A DNA stretch of 64,000 bases. Origin: Eledone cirrhosa (lineage: Eukaryota). The stretch's first letter is position 1. Each line of letters starts with the position of its first letter. The position numbers were made by a program, and so were the translations under genes. Shown here in pieces: positions 10,586-22,687 of the stretch. The stretch is from positions 11,408,001 through 11,472,000 of the forward strand of contig OZ024749.1 in assembly GCA_964016885.1 (NCBI GenBank), written 5' to 3'. Under the pieces are notes generated by a model that made no database searches, was not told the origin of the DNA, and was given only the letters and a program-made list of their open reading frames with translations.

Positions 10586-11796
10586 CCCTTTAGTGTTCAA
10601 ACCGCCCGAAATTATTTCCCCTTCATTTGTTCAAACTGCCTGAAATCGCCTTGATAACACCCACACTAAGAAATCGTTCTAAAAATAAACAAACCATCAT
10701 CAAAATCTCGTCAATTCAAGATTACTGCGAGATAAGGCCTTTACCGCGAAAATTAACACTTAATATAGTGAAACGACTTAAAACAAGTGTTTGTATTTTT
10801 TTTATTAACATGGCTCATGAAAGTAATGATACCGACTTTGAAGGTTTTACACTCAACCACATTCAGAATAAACAAGAAACAAACGATAATATTAGTGATT
10901 TATATTCAAATGAATCTGTTTATATTTCTGAAATTTCGTCCGATGATTGTTTTGAAAGTGAAAACGATCTCCAGGACGCCAGTGAAAATATTACGGCAAC
11001 ATGGTTGAAAAATACCACACTAATATATGTTCCCGATATTATTCAAAATACTGGTCCACAACACACATTAGCTGGATTCTTTTTGTTTTTAACACAAATT
11101 TGAAGTTGTAGCAGAAGAGATTAATCGATATGCTTAACAGATTTCAAATCAAGGAAAACCCGATCTGTTTGGCGACCGACAGATGCTGCGGAAATGGAAG
11201 TATTTTTTTTTACTGTAAATATGTTCGGTATAAAACAATTTCCAAGACTGTGGAATTACTGGAGCACTGATTTAAGGTTTAGTGATCCTTATATATCGAG
11301 TATTATGCCAAAAACAACGTATTTAAAATTAAACCAGTATTTGCACCTGGTTGATACGTCAAATGCCCCTATTAATTAATTTCACCTGCCCATAAAAGTC
11401 AAATTTGACAAAAAAAAATTAGATAAAATTATATAATTGTAAATTATTGATATTTAAACATCTACTGACAAAATTTCAAGCCTGCACATAGAAAATTACA
11501 AACAAATAAAATTGATAACCCTCTTGAGTATAATTAACTCAAAATAATTGTTTCTACTTTAGGCACAAGGCCAGCAATGACCTAGTGCATTACTGGTACT
11601 TTATTTTATCGACCCCGTAAGGATGAAAGGCAAAGTCAACCTCGGCGGGATTTGAACTCAGATCGTAAAGGGACGTAACTACGCTGGAAAGCATGGCGTC
11701 CGACCCTCTCCCGATACTGCCAGTCCACCGCCTTAATTAACTCAGAATAATGCGAACAGATAAGCATGTTTGAAAATTAATACGAATACTAAAGGG
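10586..11796 (+). mobile_element. Internally deleted piggyBac transposon (PGBD-like transposase remnant)
   Basis: TTAA|CCCTTTAGTGTTC ... GAATACTAAAGGG|TTAA. Peptides MAHESNDTDFEGF, EEINRYA, WRPTDAAEMEVFF and LWNYWSTD...ISSIMPKTTYLKLNQYLHLVD resemble the N-terminal half of piggyBac transposase. Confidence 0.85.
11549..11731 (-). mobile_element. Full-length tRNA-derived SINE (family 1) nested in piggyBac
   Basis: A box TGGCAGTATCGG and B box GAGTTCAAATCC on the minus strand. TSD TAATTAACTCA(A/G)AATAAT at ~11531 and ~11733. Confidence 0.9.
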
Positions 11797-11879
11797 TTAA
11801 ACCCTGTACTTATTTAAAAAATGTTTTCAAGTTTGATACGTTTTATTAATCTCTTATTCAAAATTATGATGGAAGGATT

Positions 11880-13385
11880 TTAGATAATTTAAAATGAAGT
11901 TTTGAAGCGTGAAGCTGAGGGCAGTTTTGGGTTGTTTAGTATGGAGAGACTGGAAGAGAGGCAGAAAAGAAGTTTTCACATGTGTGCTGTAAAGATCAGT
12001 CATGAAGTATTACATACTGAGGAATGGTGCTAGAGAAAAAGTGTCTGAAATGATGGTACACTTGCCTTGTTTGATGCCAAAAAGAGGCATGGAAGACTTA
12101 CTATGAGAGGCTGCTGAAGAGAATAAATGGGACAGCATGTAAACCCGACTGATTCACCAGTCAAAAGTTGACAGCAGTGTGAATAGATAAAGCAATTAAC
12201 CCTTTAGCATTCACATTATTCTATATTTACTATTATATTTTCATGGTAAAGGCTTTATCTCACATAATATCGAATCTATGAGATTTTTAAAGTATTTATT
12301 TTGAGAACAATACCTTATCAGTGTGAGCGACCAGTTTCAACAGAAAGAGGTAGAGAATTTTGGCCGGTTTGAACACTAAAGGGTTAAGGATATGAAGGCA
12401 GCTGGCTTGTCCAGTATAGTTGCTGAGGTATCTTGCATGGTTAGATGCATAGTTGATCAGGTAGTATGGAATGGTGTCATACCTAACAGGTGCAGCAGTA
12501 TCATTGTAAATTGTTACAAGGACAAAGGAGATGCACTAGAAAGAATTAACTACAGCAGCACCAGGTTATGAAAATTGTTGAAATGGTTATAGCACAACTA
12601 ATTTTGGACAATCAAATTCAATTAGCTTCAGTTCAGAGTTATGCCAGGCAGGGGTACTATTGTTGTTGTTCTCTCTCTGTCAGGGCTCGGTCACTTCACT
12701 GAGGAGTTTAAAACTGGCACTCCATGGCAACTCTTGTATGCTGATTTAATTATAGCTGAATCCATAGAGTTACAGGCAAAATATAAGTATGGAAGAACTT
12801 AAATTGAGTTAAAAATCCTAAAAGTAAACTTAGCGAAGACGATATTCATCATCTTTGTTTAAAATCCATTTTCCACGCTAGCATTGGGTATTCTTGATAA
12901 GTATGTAAGAGGCTGATACCATGAAAGAAGTGGCTCTTTCAATATGTCAGAAAGGGTGGGGAGGAGGGCAGAAATTCTGTGTGTGCAGTGTAATCTATGG
13001 ATGCATAAGATATGTGGGGTAGCGGGCAGATTAACGGAAAAGATAGACTTTGTATGTGGCAGATGCTCAGAAACATAAAATAGGTTCCTTCAGTTGCCTG
13101 GGAGAGTCTCAAGTTGTTGACAGCTTTTGTTAACTCAGCAACCTAATTAGCAATGGTGGGATTCTCTGGAAAAAGTTTAGAGAGCTGTTACCTCTGCTGA
13201 CAACAAAGGGCTTCTAAGTGAAGGGTAGACTGGACTGTAGAAGACCTGCAAAAGCTAGAGAAGAATGAATTGAGTATGCATCAATGGCTGTGTAATATTA
13301 GTGTGCATGGATGATTGCATAACAGTAAAACTTTGGATAAAAGGAATTGGTTGTAGTGTGGAAGAGAGATTGTATTTATTTTGAT
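11880..13385 (+). mobile_element. Old, heavily degenerate RTE-clade LINE fragment
   Basis: Recognisable pieces KAIKDMK, IVNCYKDKGDALER, FKTGTPWQLLYAD and WMHKICG, broken by stops and frameshifts. Confidence 0.8.
12200..12383. mobile_element. piggyBac-type TTAA MITE inserted in the LINE
   Basis: TTAA|CCCTTTAGCATTC ... GAACACTAAAGGG|TTAA. Excision restores AAAGCAATTAAGGATATGAAG (KAIKDMK). Confidence 0.9.
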
Positions 13386-13389
13386 GGGA

Positions 13390-16300
13390 TCATCATCATT
13401 TTACGTCTGCTTTCCCCTGCTTGCAAGGGTTGGACAGGTCCTATTCAGCACAGCATCTCTCCATTCATCACGGTCCTTCGTCATCTCCTCTGTGAGCTTC
13501 AGCGATTTGAGGTCTGCTCTCACCACTTCCGCCCATGTTTTATGTGGTCTGCGTCTTCCTTCTACTGGGATTTCTTGGCACTTCTTTACCCAGCAGTCAT
13601 CCTCCATGCGCATCACATGTCCATACCATCGCAGTCTTCTCTCCTGCACACCACAACTTATCTCTCTTATACCCAGTTTCTCTCTGAACACATCCATGCT
13701 TGGTCATTCACATACATTGGTATTGTACATCCAACAGAGCATGGTTGCTTCATTTCTCTCCAGCCTTCGCATATCCTCTGCAGTTGCTGCCCATATCTCA
13801 CTGCCACCCAGCATTGCGCATCTCATACAGGCATCATATAACTGGCCTTTCGTATGCAGGGAGAAACCTTTCTTTGTCAACAGAGGAAGCAGCTCCCTAA
13901 ACTTCTTCCAACCCATCCTTATTCTAGATACTATAGCCTTGGAACACCTCCTTCCCATGCTAATCTGATCACTTAGGTACCGGAAGCTATCAACCACATC
14001 TATAGAAGCCACCTGCATTTGAAAAATGTGTCTATCACTGTGATTACTACTGTCAACTTCCCTGTACATCTACTGCACACGTAGTTTTCCCTACCTGTTA
14101 GTTTGCCTGCTATCCCACTGCATCTCTTGTGTACCCAAGATCTGCATTGCATACATTTTATAGAATTTATACCAGTTCCTTTTCTACATATCGAACATGG
14201 CCATTTCCCTGATGGAATCAGTTTTGTCCTCTTTTTTACTTATCAACACTTTTATCTTAGCTAGGTTCACTCTCAGTCCTCTTGCTTCCAACCGCTGTTT
14301 CCATAGCCAGAATTTATTCTCGAGCTCCTCTACTGATTCTGCTATAAGAACCAGATCTTCAGCATAGAGAAGTTCCCATGGGCAGCCAGTCTTAAACTTT
14401 CTCTGTTGTGGCTTGGAGGACTATAATGAACAAGAGCGGGCTGAGTACTGAACCCTGATGTACTCCTACTTGTATCTGGAATTCCTCACTAAACTCCATT
14501 CCTACCTTCACTTTACTGACATCACCTCTGTACATTAGCTTGCACTGTCCTCACAAGCCATTCCTCTACACCTAGTTTCCTTAGGGACCACCAGATGACA
14601 GATCATGGTACCCTATCAAAGGCCTTCTCTAGGTCAACAAAAACTAAGTATAGTGGCTTATTCTTCCCTAAGAACCTCTCTTGTAATTGTCTCACCAAGA
14701 AGAGGGCATCAGTTGTACTTTTCTCAGGCACAAAACCAAGCTGCATCTCATCTAATTTGACCCTTTCTCTAATCAGTTGAATAATATTCTCACTTTCATA
14801 ACCTGATCCATCAGTTTTATGCCCCTATAATTGTTCCTCTCCAGAGCATCCCCTTTACCTTTGTAGCAATTTATGAGAATACTGCTGCACCAGTCTTCGG
14901 GTATGACACCACCATATATAGCTTGATTGATGATGCGTGCAACCAGTTTAGTGCCTACTTCTGATGCCTTCAGCATCTGAGCAACTATCCCTGACGGTCC
15001 AGCGGCCTTACAATTTTTCATTTCCTTTATCGCCTCTTGGACCCTATATTTGTCAATCTCAATAGCTGGTCCTGTTGGGTCTACTGGGGGTAATTTCTCA
15101 TTCTCCACATTCATCACCCTTTCATAATGACATTTCCAGACCTCCTTTTTTTTTATCATTTGTGACACTAAGTACACCGGCATCATTCCGGACACACTTC
15201 TCTCAAACAACATCCTGATTTGCACTGACACACTGCCTTGCAATGTGGAACACTGCATGTCTCTGACCTTCCCGTTGCAGAACATTGGCAAACCTCCTAC
15301 TCTCAGCCTCCCTGCGTGCTAAGTACACCTGACGTCTAGCTTCTCTCTTAGCGACTGTGTATCCTTCTCTACTCCCACCATTTTCCCAAGCATTCCATGC
15401 TAGTCTTTTATCTCTAATGGCCCTATCTACCATGCTGTTCCACCACCAGGTCACTCTCTGTCTGGTTGGAGCTCTGCTCCAGCCACAAGTTTCTTCAGTA
15501 ACCTGCAGTAAGTTGTCACGTAAGAAATTCCAGTTATCATCCATGTCATACGACTCTAAATCGTCTTCTTTTTCGTCATACACATCTTGAAGGGCTTTCT
15601 TAAATTTATATTTTAGTGAAAGGTCTTTTAGCTTCCAGACCTTTCTTTTCCACACCTTGTATGTATGTCTCATTCTGTCTCTTGCTTACTGAGATGTCAC
15701 TAACGACTAACCTATGCTGTGGGGTACATTCTTCCCCAGGCTATGCCTTAGTATTTGATACCATCTGTCTTGCTGTCTAACTAACAGGAAGTCAATCTGG
15801 CTTATGTGCTCGCCTGATTTGTAGGTTATTAGGTGGTTGGTAGGTTTCTGGAAGTTAGTGTTGCAAATGGTTAGTGCACTTGCATCACAAAATTCAAGAA
15901 GCCTCACTCCTTCTTCATTTCTTGAGCCATAACCGTGCCCACCATGTACCCCAGTGTATCCATTCTGGAGCTGTCCAACATGACCATTGAAGTCCCCTGC
16001 TAGCATAACGATGTCTCCATCCTCTGCCATTGTGGCTGTTTGTAAAAGTTGCTCGTAAAAGCAGTCTTTCTCTTCTTTACCTAGGCCTGCTTGGAGAGCA
16101 TAGGCAGAGATGATTGTCAGTAGTCTACAACTAATCTAAGCTTAATGATTCGATTACTAACTCTAACTACCTCTATTGTCTTATTGATCCATCTCACAGC
16201 CAGAAATATGCCTACTCCCCCTAACCCATCATCATTACCCACCCAGAAAAGCTTATAACTACGATGTTTGCCAGCGATTAGTCTTGCAGAGGCACCTCTC

Positions 16301-16700
16301 CATCTCACCTCTTAGCATGTAACACACATCCACATGCCTTCTCTCCAGCATCTCCACTATCTCACCAGATCTACCTCTGAGAGTGTCAACATTAAGTGTT
16401 GCAACTCTGAAATGTGACGTCTTCATATTCTTGTTCTTGTTCCTGTTGTGTGATTGCTTGATGACGGTCAGGGGGTCCTCGCACGTGGCCACACCAGCCA
16501 CCCGACTACTGTGTGCAGCCCTAACATGGGATGTATATGGAAAATAGCTGCTGCATAAAAAATGCAATGAAACTCGAGTGGCTGGGACCTAGATTGACTA
16601 AACCTCACAAGTGAGATGACAAAGGGCCATGGAGGCCAGTACAGGAAGACCCAGCCACAATCTAACCTGAGCTGCCTGTGTCCCCCACTCCCCACCAGCT
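13390..16700 (-). mobile_element. Near full-length degenerate RTE-clade LINE (APE endonuclease + RT)
   Basis: ORF pieces RVATLNVDTLRG, AGDFNGHVG, SQIDFLL, NCYKGKGDALERNNYRGIKLMD and RRLRWYGHVMR. (TGA)n tail at ~13390. Confidence 0.9.
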
Positions 16701-16949
16701 ATCCTCATCACTGTACCCCCACATTCATAGCCCTTCCAGTACTACTCCACTTTCTAAAGCCCTTAGATACCCCTATTATCACACCCTAGTAACTACTCTC
16801 TTTACTCCAATGTACCCCACCCACTCCTTAGCTATTTTCTATTGTTAAACCTCTGCTTCCTCATACTAGTAAGTGCCACCACTTAGGTGTCTTCACTACC
16901 GCCGTATCCCCACTCCCCTGTGCTATCAAATCATCCCTTTACCATCCTG

Positions 16950-17935
16950 TCATCATCATCATCACCGTTTTACGTCCATTCTTCCACGCTAGCATGGGTT
17001 AGACGGGTTGTCCTGTTGTGGGCAGTGTCTGGTCAGCTGACCATGCCTTGCTCATACAGAACTGATTCTGGCTGGATGCCCTTCCTAACACCAACCTCAT
17101 TTACAGTGTGGGCTGGGTGCTTTTTTTTCTGTGGCACCTACACGTCCCCTTTACAGTGTGGGCTGGGTGCTTTTTTTTCTGTGGCACCTCCACGTCCCCT
17201 TTACAGTGTGGGCTGGGTGCTTTTTTTTCTGTGGCACCTACACGGCCACTTTACAGTGAGTGCTGGGTGCTTTTTTTTCTGTGGCACCTACACGTCCCCT
17301 TTACAGTGTGGGCTGGGTGCTTTTTTTTCTGTGGCACCTACACGTCCCCTTTACAGTGTGGGCTGGGTGCTTTTTTTTCTGTGGCACCTACACGGCCACT
17401 TTACAGTGAGTGCTGGGTGCTTTTTTTTCTGTGGCACCTACACGGCCACTTTACAGTGAGTGCTGGGTGCTTTTTTTTCTGTGGCACCTACACGGCCACT
17501 TTACAGTGAGTGCTGGGTGCTTTTTTTTCTGTGGCACCTACACGGCCACTTTACAGTGAGTGCTGGGTGCTTTTTTTTCTGTGGCACCTACACGGCCACT
17601 TTACAGTGAGTGCTGGGTGCTTTTTTTTCTGTGGCACCTACACGGCCACTTTACAGTGAGTGCTGGGTGCTTTTTTTTCTGTGGCACCTACACGGCCACT
17701 TTACAGTGAGTGCTGGGTGCTTTTTTTTCTGTGGCACCTACACGTCCCCTTTACAGTGTGGGCTGGGTGCTTTTTTTTCTGTGGCACCTACACGGCCACT
17801 TTACAGTGTGGGCTGGGTGCTTTTTTCCGTGGCACCTACACGTCCACTTTACAGTGGGAGGGTGTGGGGGCATATTGTCTATATGCTTCAGCTTGTACCC
17901 ATGTGAGGTCGGGTACTCTGTATTACTGCGTGACG
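16950..17935 (-). mobile_element. Non-autonomous RTE-tail element carrying an expanded 50-bp minisatellite
   Basis: (ATC)n tail and 3' end shared with the RTE LINEs. Homologous to the unexpanded copy at 57335-57690. Confidence 0.8.
17101..17850. repeat. 50-bp minisatellite, ~15 units
   Basis: TTACAGTG(TGG/AGT)GCTGGGTGCTTTTTTTTCTGTGGCACCTACACG(TCCCCT/GCCACT) every 50 bp. Confidence 0.95.
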
Positions 17936-18529
17936 CCAGAGGTCACAGTCGTATGTCATCGCCTTTGAGAGGTGTAATTGGGTAAGGTCGGCTTTTCAAA
18001 TCACACAATTGCCTACATCCATAACTTCATACTTATCTCCCTTTTCCTTCCCCACCCCACCCCACCCCAACAGAAAAGAGCCGGCTTTTTGGTTGGAACA
18101 ATGACCAACAGAGCAACATCCTCTCTAGTGTTGCTACCATAAAAATGCACCTGGTACAACCTGTAAGGTGGTTGCTGACAGAAATGGCACTCTGATGTAG
18201 AAACCATGCCTAAAAGGAGGCCTTTCAATTGTGACAATAGCACAAAAATCTTCCTAATGCTGGTGAGCTACATGGTACACACTGTAAAGTTGTTGGTGAT
18301 AGGAAGGGCATCCAGCTGTAGAAAGATACCCAAAACAAAGGGTTGGAAGGACCTTCAGTTGTGTCAAAGACATGACAAACTTTTCTGCTGGTGCCATGAT
18401 GAAATGCATTCGGTTGAAGATGAGACCATGTGTAAACGATATGCTGACCCCTGCCCTGTCTAGGAAGGTCAGTACTAGCTCGGTCTGTGAAGACCTATCC
18501 AACCCTTCCTGGCAGGGAAAGTGGACGTT

Positions 18530-18797
<268 letters not shown>

Positions 18798-18800
18798 CTC

Positions 18801-18950
18801 TGGAGGCACATGGCTTAGTGGTTAGAGCATTGGCCTTGCAATCGAAAGGCTGTGAGTTCAATTCTCAGTTCTCAGACCTGGTGATGTGTTGTTTCCTTGA
18901 GCAAGACACTTTATTTCACTTTGCTCCAGTTTACTCAGCTGTAGAAATGA
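18801..18950 (+). mobile_element. tRNA-derived SINE (family 2) head
   Basis: A box TGGCTTAGTGG and B box GAGTTCAATTCT, followed by CCTTGAGCAAGACACTTTATTTCAC. Reverse copies at ~7440-7560 and ~53320-53522. Confidence 0.75.
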
Positions 18951-19489
18951 GATGATAGGGACTAGGGGTCCCTATCATTCCACTGCAAAAGTGGTCGTGG
19001 AGGTGCCACAGAAAAAAAGCACCCAGCACTCACTGTAAATGAGGTTGGTGTTAGGAAGAGCATCCAGCTGTAGAAATCAAGCCAGAATCAGTTCCCGTCC
19101 CACCCTTGCAAAAAGGGAAAAGCAGACGTAAAATGATGATGATGTATATATATCATCATCATCGTTTAACGGCTATCTTCCATGCTAGCATTGGTTATAT
19201 ATCATATGTACAAATTATTTAGACCATTTTTTTAAGGTTAAATTTATGGGGTTGACTTTTAAATGGATATCACTGTTGAAAGGCTTGAAATTCCAGCTAG
19301 AATACAAAGTACCATGTCAGTAACAACTGATCTCTAAATAAATAAAAACAGAAACAATGAATTACAGTAATATTACCAATTCAATGCATCAAAACACACA
19401 TCTGAAGTCATGCTATTGCATGAATTCAGACAGTGGCGTTTGCTTGTGTTCTGAAGGATGTTTTTAGACAAAGAGTTGTAGCGGAATAT

Positions 19490-19905
19490 ATGAACTCAGA
19501 ACATAAAGGGCCGTACCTCTATGCTGCGAAACAGGTGGCTGATGCTTTATCGATACTGCCAATCCACTAATAATTGTTTCTACTTTTGGCACAAGGCCAG
19601 CAATTACTCCAGTACATTACTGGTACTTTATTTTATCGACCTCGTAATGATGAAAGGCAAAGTTCACTTCGGCAGGATTTGAACTAAATCTACTAATAAT
19701 TGTTTCTACTTTTTGACACAAGGCCAGTAATTACCCCAGTGCATTACTGGTATTTTATTTTATATCGACCCCGTAAGGATGAAAGGCAAAGTTAACCTCG
19801 GTGGCATTTGAGCTCAGACCATAAAGGGCCATAACTTTTTGCTGCAAAGCATGGCGTCAGATCCTCTCCGATACTGCCAATCCACCAACCTTAATCTACT
19901 AATAA
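19490..19905 (-). mobile_element. Cluster of nested or tandem family-1 SINEs
   Basis: Three partial or complete copies. AATCTACTAATAAT flanks the last one (~19687 and ~19893), consistent with a TSD. Confidence 0.8.
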
Positions 19906-20541
19906 TGAAGAATGTAAAGGTGTTTTATAGATGACACACATATAACTGTGGTGTGTTAAGTTGGTTGGATTGTGTGTGTGAATGTAGAATCTAAAAGTAA
20001 TAAATTCTACTTACCTTGGTTGAAGTATACATGACCAGAACTGTTGAGCACACAGGTCTGAACTGCCTGGCCAGCTTGGAAGTGGGCAATAGTCTATCTG
20101 TGGTAGAGTGAAGAGGCAGACTATACTTTCTGGAGTCAAAATTTCTTCTTGTATATATAATGGCTAGGCCCCAGAAACATTAAGCAGATAGCCTTTCCTT
20201 TCAAACAAAGGCCATACATCTAACAGTGATAATGCCAGCTCAAACAAAGGAATTGGATTTATATTTGGCTGAGTGAGGTTAAAGGTCAGTGTGTGTTGAT
20301 ATGTGACTATTTGAAAACATGGGAACAGTGTGGAATATGTTGAGCTACATATAAACTAAATTTAATTTACTTCTTCTCACTTAATGAAGTCTAAAGGATA
20401 CTGAGAATTTTTAACACTTTCATTTTCTCAGCAATCTAATGTAGTATGTAATCTGTTAGACTTGAGTCACCTCTTAAAATAAAAAAAAAATAAATTCCCA
20501 GAGTTCACTATATATTTATATATCACATATCAATCTATTGT

Positions 20542-20573
<32 letters not shown>

Positions 20574-20664
20574 TATCTATCTAGCAACGTATATATTGCT
20601 GATAAGTAGGGTGTTTATTTGTGGAGATTATGTGTTCTGATGTCACAAAGATAATGTTGTTTAA

Positions 20665-20874
20665 CCCTTTAGCATTCACATTACTCTATATATACTATTG
20701 TATTTTCATGGTAAATGCTTTACCTCACATAATTATCTCACATAATATCGAATCTATGAGATGTTGAAAGTATTTATTTTGAGAACAATACTTTAACATC
20801 AGTTTGAGCAACCTGTTACAGCCAGTTTCAACAGAAATAGGTAGAGAATTCTGGCCGGTTTGAACATTAAAGGG
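20665..20874. mobile_element. piggyBac-type TTAA MITE
   Basis: TTAA|CCCTTTAGCATTC ... GAACATTAAAGGG|TTAA. Confidence 0.85.
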
Positions 20875-21115
20875 TTAAGTAGCTAAAAAGGACTCCATGT
20901 CAGTTGTATATGTTACTAGACCACCCGTGACCAAGAGGGGCACAGATGGTCTTGTAATACATATATAGAGAGAGGGTTATGATATATATAGAGAGAGGGT
21001 ATAAAAACACACTCACTGTTTCCTTTGGTTTTCACTTCAGCATATTTTTACATTTCTATAAATAATTTTATTTAGTGTCAACGTACAAAAGGATATATAT
21101 ATATATATATATATA

Positions 21116-21984
21116 CGAAGTGGGTCAGAAAAGTTCCAGGACTGATGTCACAAAAAATTTATTTCAAACACAAACTTCACACTAAGAGTTTTCTCCTTCA
21201 AAGTAATCCATCCTTTTCTGCCACACTTGCATGCACTCCTGGAAGGATTCTTCCGGGATCCTCCGCAGTTCCGTCATCACGGCCTTTTTGATGTCCACGT
21301 CTTCAAAATGGGTCCCCTCCGGGTCGTACTCGAAGATCCATGACTTATCACCGGTGATGACTGTCCCTAGCAAGTCAGGTTTGGTTTCAAGATGCTCGAG
21401 GATGTCCTGGCACACTTACATGCGTCGACCCTTCTGGTCATCGTTCAGCAATTTTGGCACCATCTTCGCGCAGACTTTCCGCATGTCCAAATCTTCAGTG
21501 AGAATCTTCCAGATGTTGTCCCAATTCATGCCGAGCTCATTTGCCATCAGTCGAACAGTCAGCTGACGATAGTTACGCACCATCTGCTTGACGCGCTCAA
21601 CATTGACCTCAGTCCTGGTTGTTGAGGGCCTTCCGCTCCTGGGATCATCTTCCATGTCCTCACGTCCTTCTTTAAACCTCTTGCACCACTCAAAAATATG
21701 TGAGCGTGATATCGTCTCATCTCCATACACTTGCTGCAGCAATCCCAGTGCTTCTGACGGAGTTTTCAAGTTTGTTCGTTGCTCTGTGCTCATTGCTTGA
21801 CGACCTGAAACAGAGGACATGTATATAAAATTATGTAGAAAAAAGTTTGATCGCTGCAGAGAGCTAAGATTACAGTTACATACTCCAGGGGGATTACTTT
21901 GAAGGAGAAAACTCTTAGTGTGAAGTTTGGGTTTGAAATAAATCTTTTGTGACATCAGTCCTGGAACTTTTCTGACACACCTCG
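21116..21984 (-). mobile_element. Internally deleted mariner element with ~95-bp TIRs, inserted in (TA)n
   Basis: HTH region [35 protein letters not shown] and ITGDKSWIFEYDPE fused directly to GTHFEDVD (catalytic middle deleted). TA|CGA...TCG|TA termini. Confidence 0.9.
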
Positions 21985-22049
21985 TATATATATACATATA
22001 TATATAGATATACATATATATATATATATATATATACATATATATATAG

Positions 22050-22092
<43 letters not shown>

Positions 22093-22105
22093 TATATAGA
22101 TATAC

Positions 22106-22170
<65 letters not shown>

Positions 22171-22235
22171 CATATATATATACATAAAATAATTAAGTCA
22201 AATATTTAAAATTTGGCTTCGTTTATTAAAGATGT

Positions 22236-22290
22236 ACTGCTATATATATTTCGGTGACAGCCATCATTGGCTGTGACCTCTTCAGGCAGT
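22236..22290 (-). ncRNA. Type-I minimal hammerhead ribozyme
   Basis: Minus strand reads ACTGC CTGAAGA GGTCACAGCC-AATGAT-GGCTGTCACC GAAA TATATA TA GCAGT. Intact catalytic core, perfect stem I, 10-bp stem II with one mismatch, AATAAA just downstream. Confidence 0.85.
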
Positions 22291-22468
22291 CCGAATTGGT
22301 GTGGTAGAGACAGGTACACATGTTGTTAAAGTGTTTTACTCCGTCAATACTCCGATATGTCCAGCTCCTGGTTGGGTTGTTATTTCTCTGAGGAACTGGA
22401 ATCATATGAATTCGAACAAACGAATACATATATATATATGTATATATATACATATGTATAATATATAT

Positions 22469-22500
<32 letters not shown>

Positions 22501-22534
22501 ATATACATATATATATATACATATATATATAAAT

Positions 22535-22613
22535 ATATATTGTTATACTTTGGGAGGGTCATGTTGCCAATAATTATTATTGGCAACATGACCCTCCCAA
22601 AGTATAACAATAT
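22535..22613. repeat. Near-perfect palindrome (~38-bp arms)
   Basis: ATATTGTTATACTTTGGGAGGGTCATGTTGCCAATAAT-T-ATTATTGGCAACATGACCCTCCCAAAGTATAACAATAT. Confidence 0.9.
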
Positions 22614-22687
22614 CGGTTTCAACACACGATTTCAGATAAAGAATCTTGCTAAACAAATTCAGAAACGAAATATAAATATATATATAT

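Noticed and set aside
18801-18875. Possible tRNA gene
   Set aside because: It has A and B boxes but no good cloverleaf and continues into a repeated SINE body.
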